The translations under genes and the position numbers were made by a program. Positions 28,510 through 36,860 of a stretch of 64,000 bases of DNA are shown here, one piece after another (the stretch's first letter is position 1; each line of letters starts with the position of its first letter). The notes beneath the pieces are model-generated. The model was not told where the DNA came from. It was given only the letters and a program-made list of their open reading frames with translations, and did no database searches. The stretch is from positions 157,664-221,663 of the forward strand of contig CAKOXC010000002.1 of assembly GCA_934129945.1 (NCBI GenBank), read 5' to 3'. Source of the stretch: an uncultured Bacilli bacterium. GTDB taxonomy: Bacteria; Bacillota_I; Bacilli_A; RF39; UBA660.

Positions 28510-28874
28510 TTATTGTACCTACTTTCTATTTGGATATTTATCCATCTCATAATAACATTAACAATATATTTGATTTCTAATTCAGTTAATTCTTTATCTT
28601 TCTTAATATGATGCCATTTATAAAGACATGATCTGCAACAAGTAGCAGTTGCATGCTGAGCTATAAACACAGGATGTCCTTTCATTGGAGTTTGCTTACC
28701 ATCATTTTCAATATATTGTGGTTTTAATCTTTTATTAATAAATTCATAAGCGTGATTAGCTATTTCTTTTATACCAACTTTATCAATATAGACAAAATCT
28801 TTTTCCCTAAGCTTGAACGATGATCTAAACTTTGACTTTGATAACTTTTCTAAAATAATATCAATTGCATGCAT
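28506..28874 (-). CDS. DUF4186-family protein
   Basis: NDGKQTPMKGHPVFIAQHATATCCRSCLYKWH is the characteristic DUF4186 core. Confidence 0.75.
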   Translation of the reverse strand: MHAIDIILEKLSKSKFRSSFKLREKDFVYIDKVGIKEIANHAYEFINKRLKPQYIENDGKQTPMKGHPVFIAQHATATCCRSCLYKWHHIKKDKELTELEIKYIVNVIMRWINIQIESRYNK

Positions 28875-28979
28875 TCTAAACCACCTTACTTAAATTGTAT
28901 CAAAAATAATACTTTTATTAAAGTCACTATTTAACAAATAATTTATTCATTAAAATTAACAATCAAAAATAATATTATA

Positions 28980-30080
28980 GTGATGATGATAATGAAAAAA
29001 AATAAAGTTGATTATATTTTATTATTTGCCACTTTAATGTTAGCAATATTTGGAATAATAATGATTTATTCTGCTAGTTTTGTGTGGGCTGAATATAAAT
29101 TTCATGATCAATTTAAATTTGTTAAGGCACAAAGTATATTTTTTATAATAGGTTTAGTGTTAATATTTTTCTTTTCTAAATTGGATATTAAATTTTTAAA
29201 GAAAAAAGCAAATTTAATATTATTTTGTTGTTTTATTTTATTATTGTTAGTTTTAATACCCGGAATAGGAACAATTAGAAATGGTTCAAGAAGCTGGTTT
29301 GGAATTGGAGGACTTGGTATTCAACCTAGTGAATTTAGTAAAATTGGTCTTATAATATACGTTTCAAAATATCTTTCAAATAATAATAAATTAATGAAAA
29401 ACATAAAAAAAGGTGTCTTCCCCATATTACTTATAATTGGAATATTTTTTGCCCTTATTATGTTAGAACCTGACTTTGGTACAGCAATGGTTATAACATT
29501 AACTTTAATCGTAATTATTTTTACCTCAGGAGTAAAAATATCATTTTTTACAAATATTGGTTTAATTGGAATATTGGGTATAGTTTTGTTAATAATAATT
29601 GCTCCATACCGAATGGCAAGAATTGTTTCATTTTTAAACCCTTGGAGTGATCCGTTAGGTAGTGGGTTCCAAATAATTCAAAGTTTGTATGCCATTGGTC
29701 CGGGTGGTCTTTTAGGCCAAGGATTCTTACATAGTAGACAAAAAAGCTTTTACTTACCCGAACCCCAAACTGATTTTATTTTTTCTATTATCAGTGAAGA
29801 ATTTGGAATATTAGGAGTTATAATTGTTTGTAGTTTGTTTTTTATTATTTTTTATAGATGTATAAAAATTGCTTTAAGACAAACTGACTTATTTAAAAAA
29901 TATTTAACATTTGGTTTAGCTTTTGGAATTATTATTCAAGCAATTTTAAATTTATGTGTAGTTGTAGGTCTTATACCTGTAACTGGAGTTACGCTACCAT
30001 TTTTATCATATGGTGGTTCATCACTTCTTGTATCTATGACGAGTATTGGAATAGTTTTAAATATAAGTAAAAGAAGCTAG
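28980..30080 (+). CDS. SEDS-family peptidoglycan polymerase (FtsW/RodA/SpoVE)
   Basis: About 10 TM helices plus SEFSKI, PEPQTDFIF and LPFLSYGGSS motifs. The likely true start is the ATG at 28992 (MKKNKVDY). Confidence 0.9.
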   Translation: MMMIMKKNKVDYILLFATLMLAIFGIIMIYSASFVWAEYKFHDQFKFVKAQSIFFIIGLVLIFFFSKLDIKFLKKKANLILFCCFILLLLVLIPGIGTIRNGSRSWFGIGGLGIQPSEFSKIGLIIYVSKYLSNNNKLMKNIKKGVFPILLIIGIFFALIMLEPDFGTAMVITLTLIVIIFTSGVKISFFTNIGLIGILGIVLLIIIAPYRMARIVSFLNPWSDPLGSGFQIIQSLYAIGPGGLLGQGFLHSRQKSFYLPEPQTDFIFSIISEEFGILGVIIVCSLFFIIFYRCIKIALRQTDLFKKYLTFGLAFGIIIQAILNLCVVVGLIPVTGVTLPFLSYGGSSLLVSMTSIGIVLNISKRS

Positions 30081-31555
30081 ATTTTTCTAGCTTCTTCAAA
30101 CCCTGGAATAGCTGTTATATAAGCATTTAATAAATAATAATTTGTATTTAATTTTTCTTCTAATTCTTCTTTTGTTACTTTTTTTATATCATTTTCACTA
30201 ATTAGAAAGTAAAGATACTCATCATCTAGTTTATATGTAAATAACAAATATGGTACTCTTTTTTCTAATTCATTTTTCACACAAAATTTATAATTGATAT
30301 TTTCAAGTTCTTCTCTTGGAAATAATAATTCTGTATAATTCTCAAGGGCTTTTAACTTTTCAAGACCACTTAAATTCAAATTTTTAACTAGAGCAAAAAG
30401 TTTAGTCATATTATCTTTAAATATTCGTATTTTATCAGGAGTTTTTTCATCAACTGTATTATAAATATTTAAGAAATTACTCTTTAAATCTTCTAATGAC
30501 ATATTGGGATACCCATATTCTTTGTCAATATTTTTTATATTTACACTAACATCTTTATTTTTTTCTAAACATTTATATCCTTGTGTTTTAATACCTAATT
30601 GTACTCGCGTAAAATCACTCATGTAAATGCCTGTATACATATCTTTTACAGATTGGGTAGCATCTGCAGACATAAGTGTACCATCGCAATCAAATATTAC
30701 AAATTTGTGATAATCACCTCTAACTCTATTTTTAATTCCTACTTTATTTAGTAAACTTGCATATATTTTTGCCCAAGTTGAACAAATTACTTCATTATCA
30801 TCAAAAGTTATCTCTCTTATATTTTTATATCTTAAAGCATTAATTTTTTCGTTGACATTTACTCCTTCTTTAGATATATCTGAGGAATCATAAAAAAAAT
30901 AATCTAAGTCATAATTTAGAAATTTACAACTATTTAAATATAATTTTCTAGCAATGGTGAATTTTGAATCATTAGAATTTATTCCTTTAAACATTAAATT
31001 TTCTAATTTTTCATTTAATCTTTCATAAGTTATTTCACCATTCATTAAATGATTTCTTTTAATTTTTAAAGAATACTTTTGCATAAGCATATTAAATCTT
31101 CTTTGACATACACTGTCAATGACAGTAGTTTTATTAGAGTCAAAATAATCAAATAAGTCATACATAGTATTTAAGTAAGTTTCAATTGGTATGTTATTGA
31201 AAAATTCTTTGTTTTCTTCAAAATTATAAAATTTATCAAATATTTCTTCACTATTTAAAATCTTCAAAACATCATCAACTGTTATTTCATTTTTTTCTTT
31301 ATTCAATTTATATTTTTTCTTTATTTTAAATTTACTATTTAAATATTTGATTCTTTTTAATTCATCTTTTGTTAAATTTCCATTGTTTATTTCATACTGA
31401 ACGTACTCATTAATTGCATTAACATAGTATTTTTGGTCAACATCTGCAAACCCTTTATCTTTTTTTACAAAATCTACAAATGTATTACTATCAGTTATTA
31501 TTGCTTTAATTAAACTAATAGGAATTAGTTCTTGTGTTGGTATCATATCTTGCAT
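30077..31555 (-). CDS. hypothetical protein with a probable transglutaminase-like (papain-fold Cys-His-Asp) core
   Basis: 492-aa ORF with an AAGGTGA SD. VICSTWAKIYASLLNKVGIKNRVRGDYHKFVIFDCDGTLMSADAT matches the C...GI..R...G..H......D spacing of transglutaminase-like domains. Confidence 0.6.
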   Translation of the reverse strand: MQDMIPTQELIPISLIKAIITDSNTFVDFVKKDKGFADVDQKYYVNAINEYVQYEINNGNLTKDELKRIKYLNSKFKIKKKYKLNKEKNEITVDDVLKILNSEEIFDKFYNFEENKEFFNNIPIETYLNTMYDLFDYFDSNKTTVIDSVCQRRFNMLMQKYSLKIKRNHLMNGEITYERLNEKLENLMFKGINSNDSKFTIARKLYLNSCKFLNYDLDYFFYDSSDISKEGVNVNEKINALRYKNIREITFDDNEVICSTWAKIYASLLNKVGIKNRVRGDYHKFVIFDCDGTLMSADATQSVKDMYTGIYMSDFTRVQLGIKTQGYKCLEKNKDVSVNIKNIDKEYGYPNMSLEDLKSNFLNIYNTVDEKTPDKIRIFKDNMTKLFALVKNLNLSGLEKLKALENYTELLFPREELENINYKFCVKNELEKRVPYLLFTYKLDDEYLYFLISENDIKKVTKEELEEKLNTNYYLLNAYITAIPGFEEARKI

Positions 31556-31633
31556 TCTATCACCTTAATTTAATTATATTTACTAATTTATTTTTATACA
31601 AGAAAAAAGCGTTTTTTAAACGTTTTTTTGACA

Positions 31634-32059
31634 TTATTTTTTTATTTTTTCTAAGGCTTTTTTTATTCCTAGATAAGGAAGCAGCGCACAATGTTTACGA
31701 TTAGCTTGTTTATATATTGTATCATATACTATTGCTTCATTAAGTAAATCTTTATTATAATCTTTTTCATTTACCATATTATCAAATTCTTCCATGTATT
31801 TAATGGCTTCATCGATTGTTTTTCCAATTAAATTATGAATCATTATTGAAGTTGAAGAAGTTGAAATAGCACAAGCTTCACCATCAAATTTAATATCTTT
31901 TATCATATTATTTTCAACCAATAAATAAATATCTAAATTATCAATACAACTTTCATTATTAGTATTTACTTTAATATATCTTTCATCATCAATACTTTCT
32001 TTATTCATAGGATTTTGATAATTTTCTAAAATAATTTCTCTCTTTAAATTTTCATCCAT
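31634..32059 (-). CDS. sufU: Fe-S cluster assembly sulfur-transfer protein SufU
   Basis: NESCIDNLDIYL, FDGEACAISTSSTSIM and KHCALL Cys ligand pattern. Follows sufS. Confidence 0.88.
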   Translation of the reverse strand: MDENLKREIILENYQNPMNKESIDDERYIKVNTNNESCIDNLDIYLLVENNMIKDIKFDGEACAISTSSTSIMIHNLIGKTIDEAIKYMEEFDNMVNEKDYNKDLLNEAIVYDTIYKQANRKHCALLPYLGIKKALEKIKK

Positions 32060-32061
32060 TG

Positions 32062-33258
32062 TTATAACATCTCTCTTAATATCTTATTTTTATCACTTAG
32101 TAATTTTATTAATAAATCTATTTCTTCTTTTGTATTATAAAAATATAAACTTACTCTTAAAGTATTATTAACATTTGTAGCACTCTTTAAAACTTTAGCA
32201 CAATGATTTCCAGCTCTTACACAAATATGGTATTTATTTAAATAATAAGCAACATCTTGGGAAAATATTCCATCTATATTAAATGCTACTATTCCACTAT
32301 CACTTTCTATATTTATTATATCAATGTGAGGAATTGTTATTAAATTATCTACTAAATATTTTCGAAGTTCAACTTCATGTTTATGAATATTGTTTAGACC
32401 TATTTTTTTTAAGTATCTTACTGCTTCGCCAAGCCCAATTGCTCCAGCTATATTTGGTGTTCCAGCTTCTAGTCTATGAGGAAGTTGCTTTAAATAAACA
32501 TGATCTTCATCATCAAATGATTCATTCATTCCACCACCTAGATTTGTTGGTATCACTTTTTCTAATAATTCTTTTTTACCATAAAGTACTCCAATACCAG
32601 TAGGTCCACACATTTTATGCCCTGAAAAAGCAAGAAAATCTACATCACTATCTGTAACGTCAGTCTTTAAATGTGGAACACTTTGAGCACCATCTACAAC
32701 TACAAAAGCATTATTTTCATGAGCTAGTTTTGTTATTTCTTTAATTGGCCTTATATCACCAACTACGTTAGTAATTTCAGCCAGCGCTATTACTTTTGTA
32801 TTTTCATTTATTACCTTTTTTATATTATCCATAGTAACATAATAGTTTTCATCAAGGGGAACATAAACTATTTTACATCCTATTTCTTTAGCAAGCCTAA
32901 ACCAAGGCATTACGTTTGATGCATGTTCACTTTTGGTAATTACAATCTCATCATCCGCCTCAAGATATCTTCTAAAAAATCCTGTTGCTATCATATTCAA
33001 TGAATCAGTAGATCCGCTTGTAAATACAATTTCTTCTCTATATCTAGCATTGATAAATTCTTTAATTTCATCACGAGCATTTTCATATTCATAATCTACT
33101 TTTAAAGATAAGTCATAGTCACCTCTATGAGCATTTGCTGAATAATCTCTATAGTATTCTGTTATTTTATCAATAACACATTTAGGTTTTAAACTAGTTG
33201 CACCACTATCTAAATAAATTAAATTGTTTTGAAGAATAGGAAAATCTTCTCTATGCAT
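32062..33258 (-). CDS. sufS: cysteine desulfurase SufS
   Basis: SGHKMCGPTGIG PLP-lysine motif and RAGNHCA catalytic Cys loop. Confidence 0.92.
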   Translation of the reverse strand: MHREDFPILQNNLIYLDSGATSLKPKCVIDKITEYYRDYSANAHRGDYDLSLKVDYEYENARDEIKEFINARYREEIVFTSGSTDSLNMIATGFFRRYLEADDEIVITKSEHASNVMPWFRLAKEIGCKIVYVPLDENYYVTMDNIKKVINENTKVIALAEITNVVGDIRPIKEITKLAHENNAFVVVDGAQSVPHLKTDVTDSDVDFLAFSGHKMCGPTGIGVLYGKKELLEKVIPTNLGGGMNESFDDEDHVYLKQLPHRLEAGTPNIAGAIGLGEAVRYLKKIGLNNIHKHEVELRKYLVDNLITIPHIDIINIESDSGIVAFNIDGIFSQDVAYYLNKYHICVRAGNHCAKVLKSATNVNNTLRVSLYFYNTKEEIDLLIKLLSDKNKILREML

Positions 33259-33269
33259 AAATTCACCTC

Positions 33270-33938
33270 CTAATTATTTTTATCTATAATTTCATTCATA
33301 TCACTATTTAAAATACTTTTTAAAAAACCAGAAATAATAAGTTTTTTAGCATCATCATTTTCTATTCCTTTAGAATTTAAGTAGAATAAATAATCTTTAT
33401 TTATATTTCCAATAGTAGAATTATGATTTGCTATGACTTCATTAGAATCTATAAACATATTTGGATTAATTTTAATAAATCCATTTTCTAAATTTAACCC
33501 TCTTAAATCTTCATTAAATTCATTATTTAAAGTTTTCTCTGTTACTTTTCCATTGCTATCAATAATAGCAGTAGCATTTTCTAAAGCTACTCCTCTTACT
33601 CTTATATTACTTTTTATATTATTTTTAATAATATTATTATTTATTATAAGTTTACAGTTATCATTATTTATAAAGGAATAATTAAAATTAGTAATAGAAT
33701 TTTCATAATTATTTATCTCAATAATTTTATTTTTAAAATTATTATTAGAAAACATATAGTAATTTATACTGCTATTTTCTAAAACATCTATTTTTAATTT
33801 TAAGTTATCGCATTCATTAAAATCATAAATGGTAGAGTTACCATTTATTCTTAAATTTACTTCATCATTATTAATTATTATCTTGCAATTTTCATCATTT
33901 ATTTCAAAATCATTGGTATTTATATTTATAATATTCAT
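33270..33938 (-). CDS. short SufB/SufD-family protein (SufD-like, 222 aa)
   Basis: C-terminal IANHNSTIGNINKDYLFYLNSKGIENDDAKKLIISGFL matches the SufBD signature. It is much shorter than usual SufD or SufB. Confidence 0.75.
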   Translation of the reverse strand: MNIININTNDFEINDENCKIIINNDEVNLRINGNSTIYDFNECDNLKLKIDVLENSSINYYMFSNNNFKNKIIEINNYENSITNFNYSFINNDNCKLIINNNIIKNNIKSNIRVRGVALENATAIIDSNGKVTEKTLNNEFNEDLRGLNLENGFIKINPNMFIDSNEVIANHNSTIGNINKDYLFYLNSKGIENDDAKKLIISGFLKSILNSDMNEIIDKNN

Positions 33939-33966
33939 AAATTTATTTTATCGTAATAATATTAAC

Positions 33967-34686
33967 CTAAATATTATTAAATCCATTCTCTTCGACATAA
34001 TTTGCAAGACTATAATCGCCTGATTTTCTAATTGTTCCATCTTTTAAAATATGAACAAAGTCAGGTTTTATATATTCTAAGATTTTTTTATGATGAGTAA
34101 TAATTAAAATACTTGGTTTAAATTTTTTATAATATTTCATAATTGATTCAGACACTACTTTAAGAGCATCAACATCTAATCCAGAGTCAATTTCATCAAG
34201 TATTATAAAACTTGGTTCTAACATCCATAAGTGAATTAATTCGTTTTTCTTTTTTTCGCCACCAGACATTCCTAAGTTTATTTCTCGATGTAAAAAATTT
34301 TCTGGAATATTTAATTCATTACATATTTCTTTAGCTTTTTTACTAAATTCAAATATATTTAATTTTTTTCCTTGAGCATTAAGAGTTGTTCTTAGCATTT
34401 CTGCGTTGGTAATTCCTTCAAGTTCAATTGGATTTTGATTAAGTAAAAATACACCATCTTTTGCTATTTGATATGTTTCTTCATTAGTTATATCTTTATC
34501 ATTCAAAATAATAGTACCACTTTTTTTATAATTTTTATCATTAAGAATTACCTTACATAATGTTGATTTACCTACTCCGTTTGGCCCCATGATTGCATGG
34601 ATTTCACCATCATTTATATTTAAATTTAAATTATTTAATATTTTTTTATCTTCTGCATCTACAGATAAATTTTTAATATTTAACAT
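33967..34686 (-). CDS. sufC: Fe-S assembly ATPase SufC
   Basis: GPNGVGKST Walker A, MSGGEKKK signature and ILDEIDSGLD Walker B. I prefer the ATG at 34686 (MLNIKNLSV). Its own promoter ATGACA-17-TAAAAT lies upstream. Confidence 0.92.
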   Translation of the reverse strand: MLNIKNLSVDAEDKKILNNLNLNINDGEIHAIMGPNGVGKSTLCKVILNDKNYKKSGTIILNDKDITNEETYQIAKDGVFLLNQNPIELEGITNAEMLRTTLNAQGKKLNIFEFSKKAKEICNELNIPENFLHREINLGMSGGEKKKNELIHLWMLEPSFIILDEIDSGLDVDALKVVSESIMKYYKKFKPSILIITHHKKILEYIKPDFVHILKDGTIRKSGDYSLANYVEENGFNNI

Positions 34687-34816
34687 AAAAATCACCCAAG
34701 TGTATTTTATCAAATTTCTATTAAATTGTCATCTTTTCTTATAAAAAATGTATTTATGAAAAATATCTTTAATAAAAAAATTGTATCTATATAAAATCTA
34801 TGATATTATTAATTTA

Positions 34817-34908
34817 GGTGAGAAGCAAAAAGTCTTTTAGGGACTTGATGCTTGCCACGTATGTGTTAAGCACCTTTATTCAGGTTTTAAGAATAAAGAT
34901 GCTTTTTT
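34817..34908 (+). ncRNA. predicted ~90-nt small RNA of module copy 2 (candidate antitoxin or regulatory RNA)
   Basis: TTGTAT (34781-34786), 17-nt spacer, TGa-TATTAT (34804-34809), with a terminator hairpin plus T6 at 34868-34908. The internal hairpin GCTT..AAGC keeps its stem while the apical sequence differs from copy 1. Confidence 0.5.
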
Positions 34909-34909
34909 A

Positions 34910-35002
34910 TTATATTAATATAATTATCAATTTATATATTATATATAATAGTATGATTATTAAGATGTATAATCCGAAGATTAAAAAATCCTTTTTAGTC
35001 AT
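34910..35002 (-). CDS. 30-aa hydrophobic peptide MTKKDFLIFGLYILIIILLYIIYKLIIILI (candidate type I toxin or small membrane protein)
   Basis: Promoter TTGAAA (35120-35125), 16-nt spacer, TATAAT (35098-35103); GAAGG SD 8 nt before the ATG at 35002. Against copy 1 the ORF shows 6 substitutions (3 synonymous, 2 conservative, 1 nonsense in copy 1) and no indels, whereas nearby non-ORF segments do carry indels. Confidence 0.45.
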   Translation of the reverse strand: MTKKDFLIFGLYILIIILLYIIYKLIIILI

Positions 35003-35173
35003 ATGTACTACCTTCTTTCACAGTTTTGCCAAAACCCCCTGAATTTTAGTCCCTAAAGTAAGGTAGCAAGCATCTTCTTTTTGCTTCTCGAGACTGTATT
35101 ATATAGTAATTTTTTTATATTTCAAGACTTTCGACAAAACTAGAAAAAACTTCTTATTTTTTGACATTTTTTG

Positions 35174-35205
35174 CATAAAAAACATCTTATTTTCCATAAG
35201 ATGTT
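35174..35205 (-). terminator. intrinsic terminator of the 181-aa secreted-protein gene
   Basis: Minus strand has AACATCTTAT-ggaaa-ATAAGATGTT followed by TTTTTT. The hairpin includes the last codons of the gene. Confidence 0.7.
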
Positions 35206-35732
35206 ATTACTGTAATCTTTGTTTCTAAATTTTTATTAGAAGCACTTTCTACTGTTTCATTTTCATCTACCCACATTTTCAAATTATAAGTATGAGTTGT
35301 ATCTTTTTGAATTACGTCATTATGTAAATTAAAACTTATACTTGCATTATCAAGTGTCTTTGTAGTTTCTGTTAAAGTATTTAAAAATTGTGGTGGAAGA
35401 TCATTCAAACTATACTTTATTTGAGATGGATCAAAATTATTTGCACCATTAAGTATTTCTAAATTAATTTGAATATTTTGATCTAACTTACAATTGTTAG
35501 TTAGTGTAAAACTTAAAGGTGTTGTATTTAAGCCATCACTATCTTTCATAGGGTACGTATTTTCTAAATTAATATAACTATTTTCAGTCAATGTAGTCTC
35601 AAAACAAGAAACATTCAAAACATTAACTTCATTTTGTGCAAAACCTACTGACCACTTAGAATAAGTATACCCTATTACTCCAATTAAAGAAGTCAAAACG
35701 CAAACAAATATAAATAAATTTCTTTTTTTCAT
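35187..35732 (-). CDS. small secreted/anchored protein with a TasA/camelysin-like N-terminal module (family also at 51293-51922 and the N-terminus of the giant protein)
   Basis: GAGGTGA SD and signal-anchor LFIFVCVLTSLIGVIGYTYSKWS. Shared blocks with the 209-aa protein are PM..S.GL....SF.L.N and H...LK.W.DE. Confidence 0.75.
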   Translation of the reverse strand: MKKRNLFIFVCVLTSLIGVIGYTYSKWSVGFAQNEVNVLNVSCFETTLTENSYINLENTYPMKDSDGLNTTPLSFTLTNNCKLDQNIQINLEILNGANNFDPSQIKYSLNDLPPQFLNTLTETTKTLDNASISFNLHNDVIQKDTTHTYNLKMWVDENETVESASNKNLETKITVITSYGK

Positions 35733-35740
35733 GTTTCACC

Positions 35741-36499
35741 TCACAATTTAATATTTGATTCCAAATAATCTTTAGCTTTTATTTCTAATATTTTATATTT
35801 TTCATCATCATTCATAACTTTTTTTAATAATTCAAGTTTAATATCTACAACTTTCAAATCATAAATAATTTTAAAGCTTGTACGATAATTCATATCAAAT
35901 AAATACGATAAATAAAATATTATATCTTCACAAATATTAGTTACTTTATCTCTTGCTAACATTTTTTCATTTATAAAATTATCTATAATAAAACTATTTA
36001 AATTATATTTTTTATAATAATCTAAATTTAATGTTAAAGAATTTTCATTATATGGATTATACTGTGTATTTAAAATATCTAATTTATCTGCATCTCTTAC
36101 TACCTTTAGCATTTTCAAAGTAAAATCATCAAGTTCATCAGGAATTTCTAATTTGTTATGATATTTAACTGTGCTTAGCACAGTAGCTTTATATTCATCA
36201 CTCACAAATTTTAAAATATAATTTTTATTAGAAAGTATTTCGTATCCTAAATCACCATGATCAATTTCATTCCAAGAATGATACTTTGTCCATTCTTCAA
36301 ATCTAGCTATATCATGAAGCAAAGAACATATTAAAGCGATATTAGTTTCTTCTTCATTAAAATTTTCATTCTTACAAATTGTCTTTGTAAATTCAATCAC
36401 TCTTAATGTGTGATCATATTTATATTTGTTTTCTGTTATTTTCAAATCATAATTTGCAACATATTTATTAAATTCGTTTAAGCAACTATCAAAATCCAT
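35741..36499 (-). CDS. HD-domain phosphohydrolase
   Basis: H...LLHDIARFE (the HD motif) plus a downstream DADKLD. Confidence 0.8.
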   Translation of the reverse strand: MDFDSCLNEFNKYVANYDLKITENKYKYDHTLRVIEFTKTICKNENFNEEETNIALICSLLHDIARFEEWTKYHSWNEIDHGDLGYEILSNKNYILKFVSDEYKATVLSTVKYHNKLEIPDELDDFTLKMLKVVRDADKLDILNTQYNPYNENSLTLNLDYYKKYNLNSFIIDNFINEKMLARDKVTNICEDIIFYLSYLFDMNYRTSFKIIYDLKVVDIKLELLKKVMNDDEKYKILEIKAKDYLESNIKL

Positions 36500-36801
36500 T
36501 ATTTTCCTCCAGAGTAATCCTCTATGAAAAATGGTTTTAAAATATAAGTTTCAGTATCAGCATACTTGATAACTACAATTTTATATAAAGTGTAATTATA
36601 AACTGTTATATTACGACCATTCTTAGTATATTTTTTTAATTCTCTATAACCAGTAGGTTCATTACCATTTTTTACAGTATTATAATTTGTATTACTAAAA
36701 TAAATTAGACATATAAATAATATAACTGCTGAAAATGCTATAATATTAACAATTAAATTAAATATATTAAATTTTTTTTCTTTTTTACCCTCTTTACTCA
36801 T
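36499..36801 (-). CDS. hypothetical single-pass membrane protein
   Basis: 100-aa ORF with an AGGTGA SD and TM segment LIVNIIAFSAVILFICLIYF. Confidence 0.65.
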   Translation of the reverse strand: MSKEGKKEKKFNIFNLIVNIIAFSAVILFICLIYFSNTNYNTVKNGNEPTGYRELKKYTKNGRNITVYNYTLYKIVVIKYADTETYILKPFFIEDYSGGK

Positions 36802-36860
36802 TTATCTTATCACCTATGTTAATAATACCATTTTTTTACTCATAAAACAATCTTCTATTT

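Larger units (their letters stand above)
34781..35128. repeat. copy 2 (intact) of the ~350-bp intergenic module
   Basis: Aligns with 16260-16617. The left arm GAGAAGCAAAAAGTCTTTTAGGGACTTGATGCTTGCCAC (34820-34858) is identical in both copies. The right arm ends CTTTTTGCTTCTC at 35089. Confidence 0.9.

Noticed and set aside
31590-31625. Possible bidirectional terminator between the transglutaminase-like gene and sufU (AAAAAAGCGTTTTTTAAACGTTTTTTT)
   Set aside because: Only the loopless palindrome AAACGTTT and imperfect A/T runs are present, and no stable stem could be drawn. The question of read-through from sufU is left open.
34838-34908. Riboswitch-like terminator/antiterminator choice (AAGCA can pair with either of two GATGCTT segments)
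   Set aside because: The alternative helix is only 5-8 bp, and no downstream plus-strand gene exists to regulate. It is better explained as part of the small-RNA fold.
34818-35042. 74-aa plus-strand ORF in the track spanning module copy 2
   Set aside because: It starts at a GTG inside the predicted RNA 5' end with no SD, and runs through the intrinsic terminator. The equivalent frame in copy 1 is closed after 14 codons.
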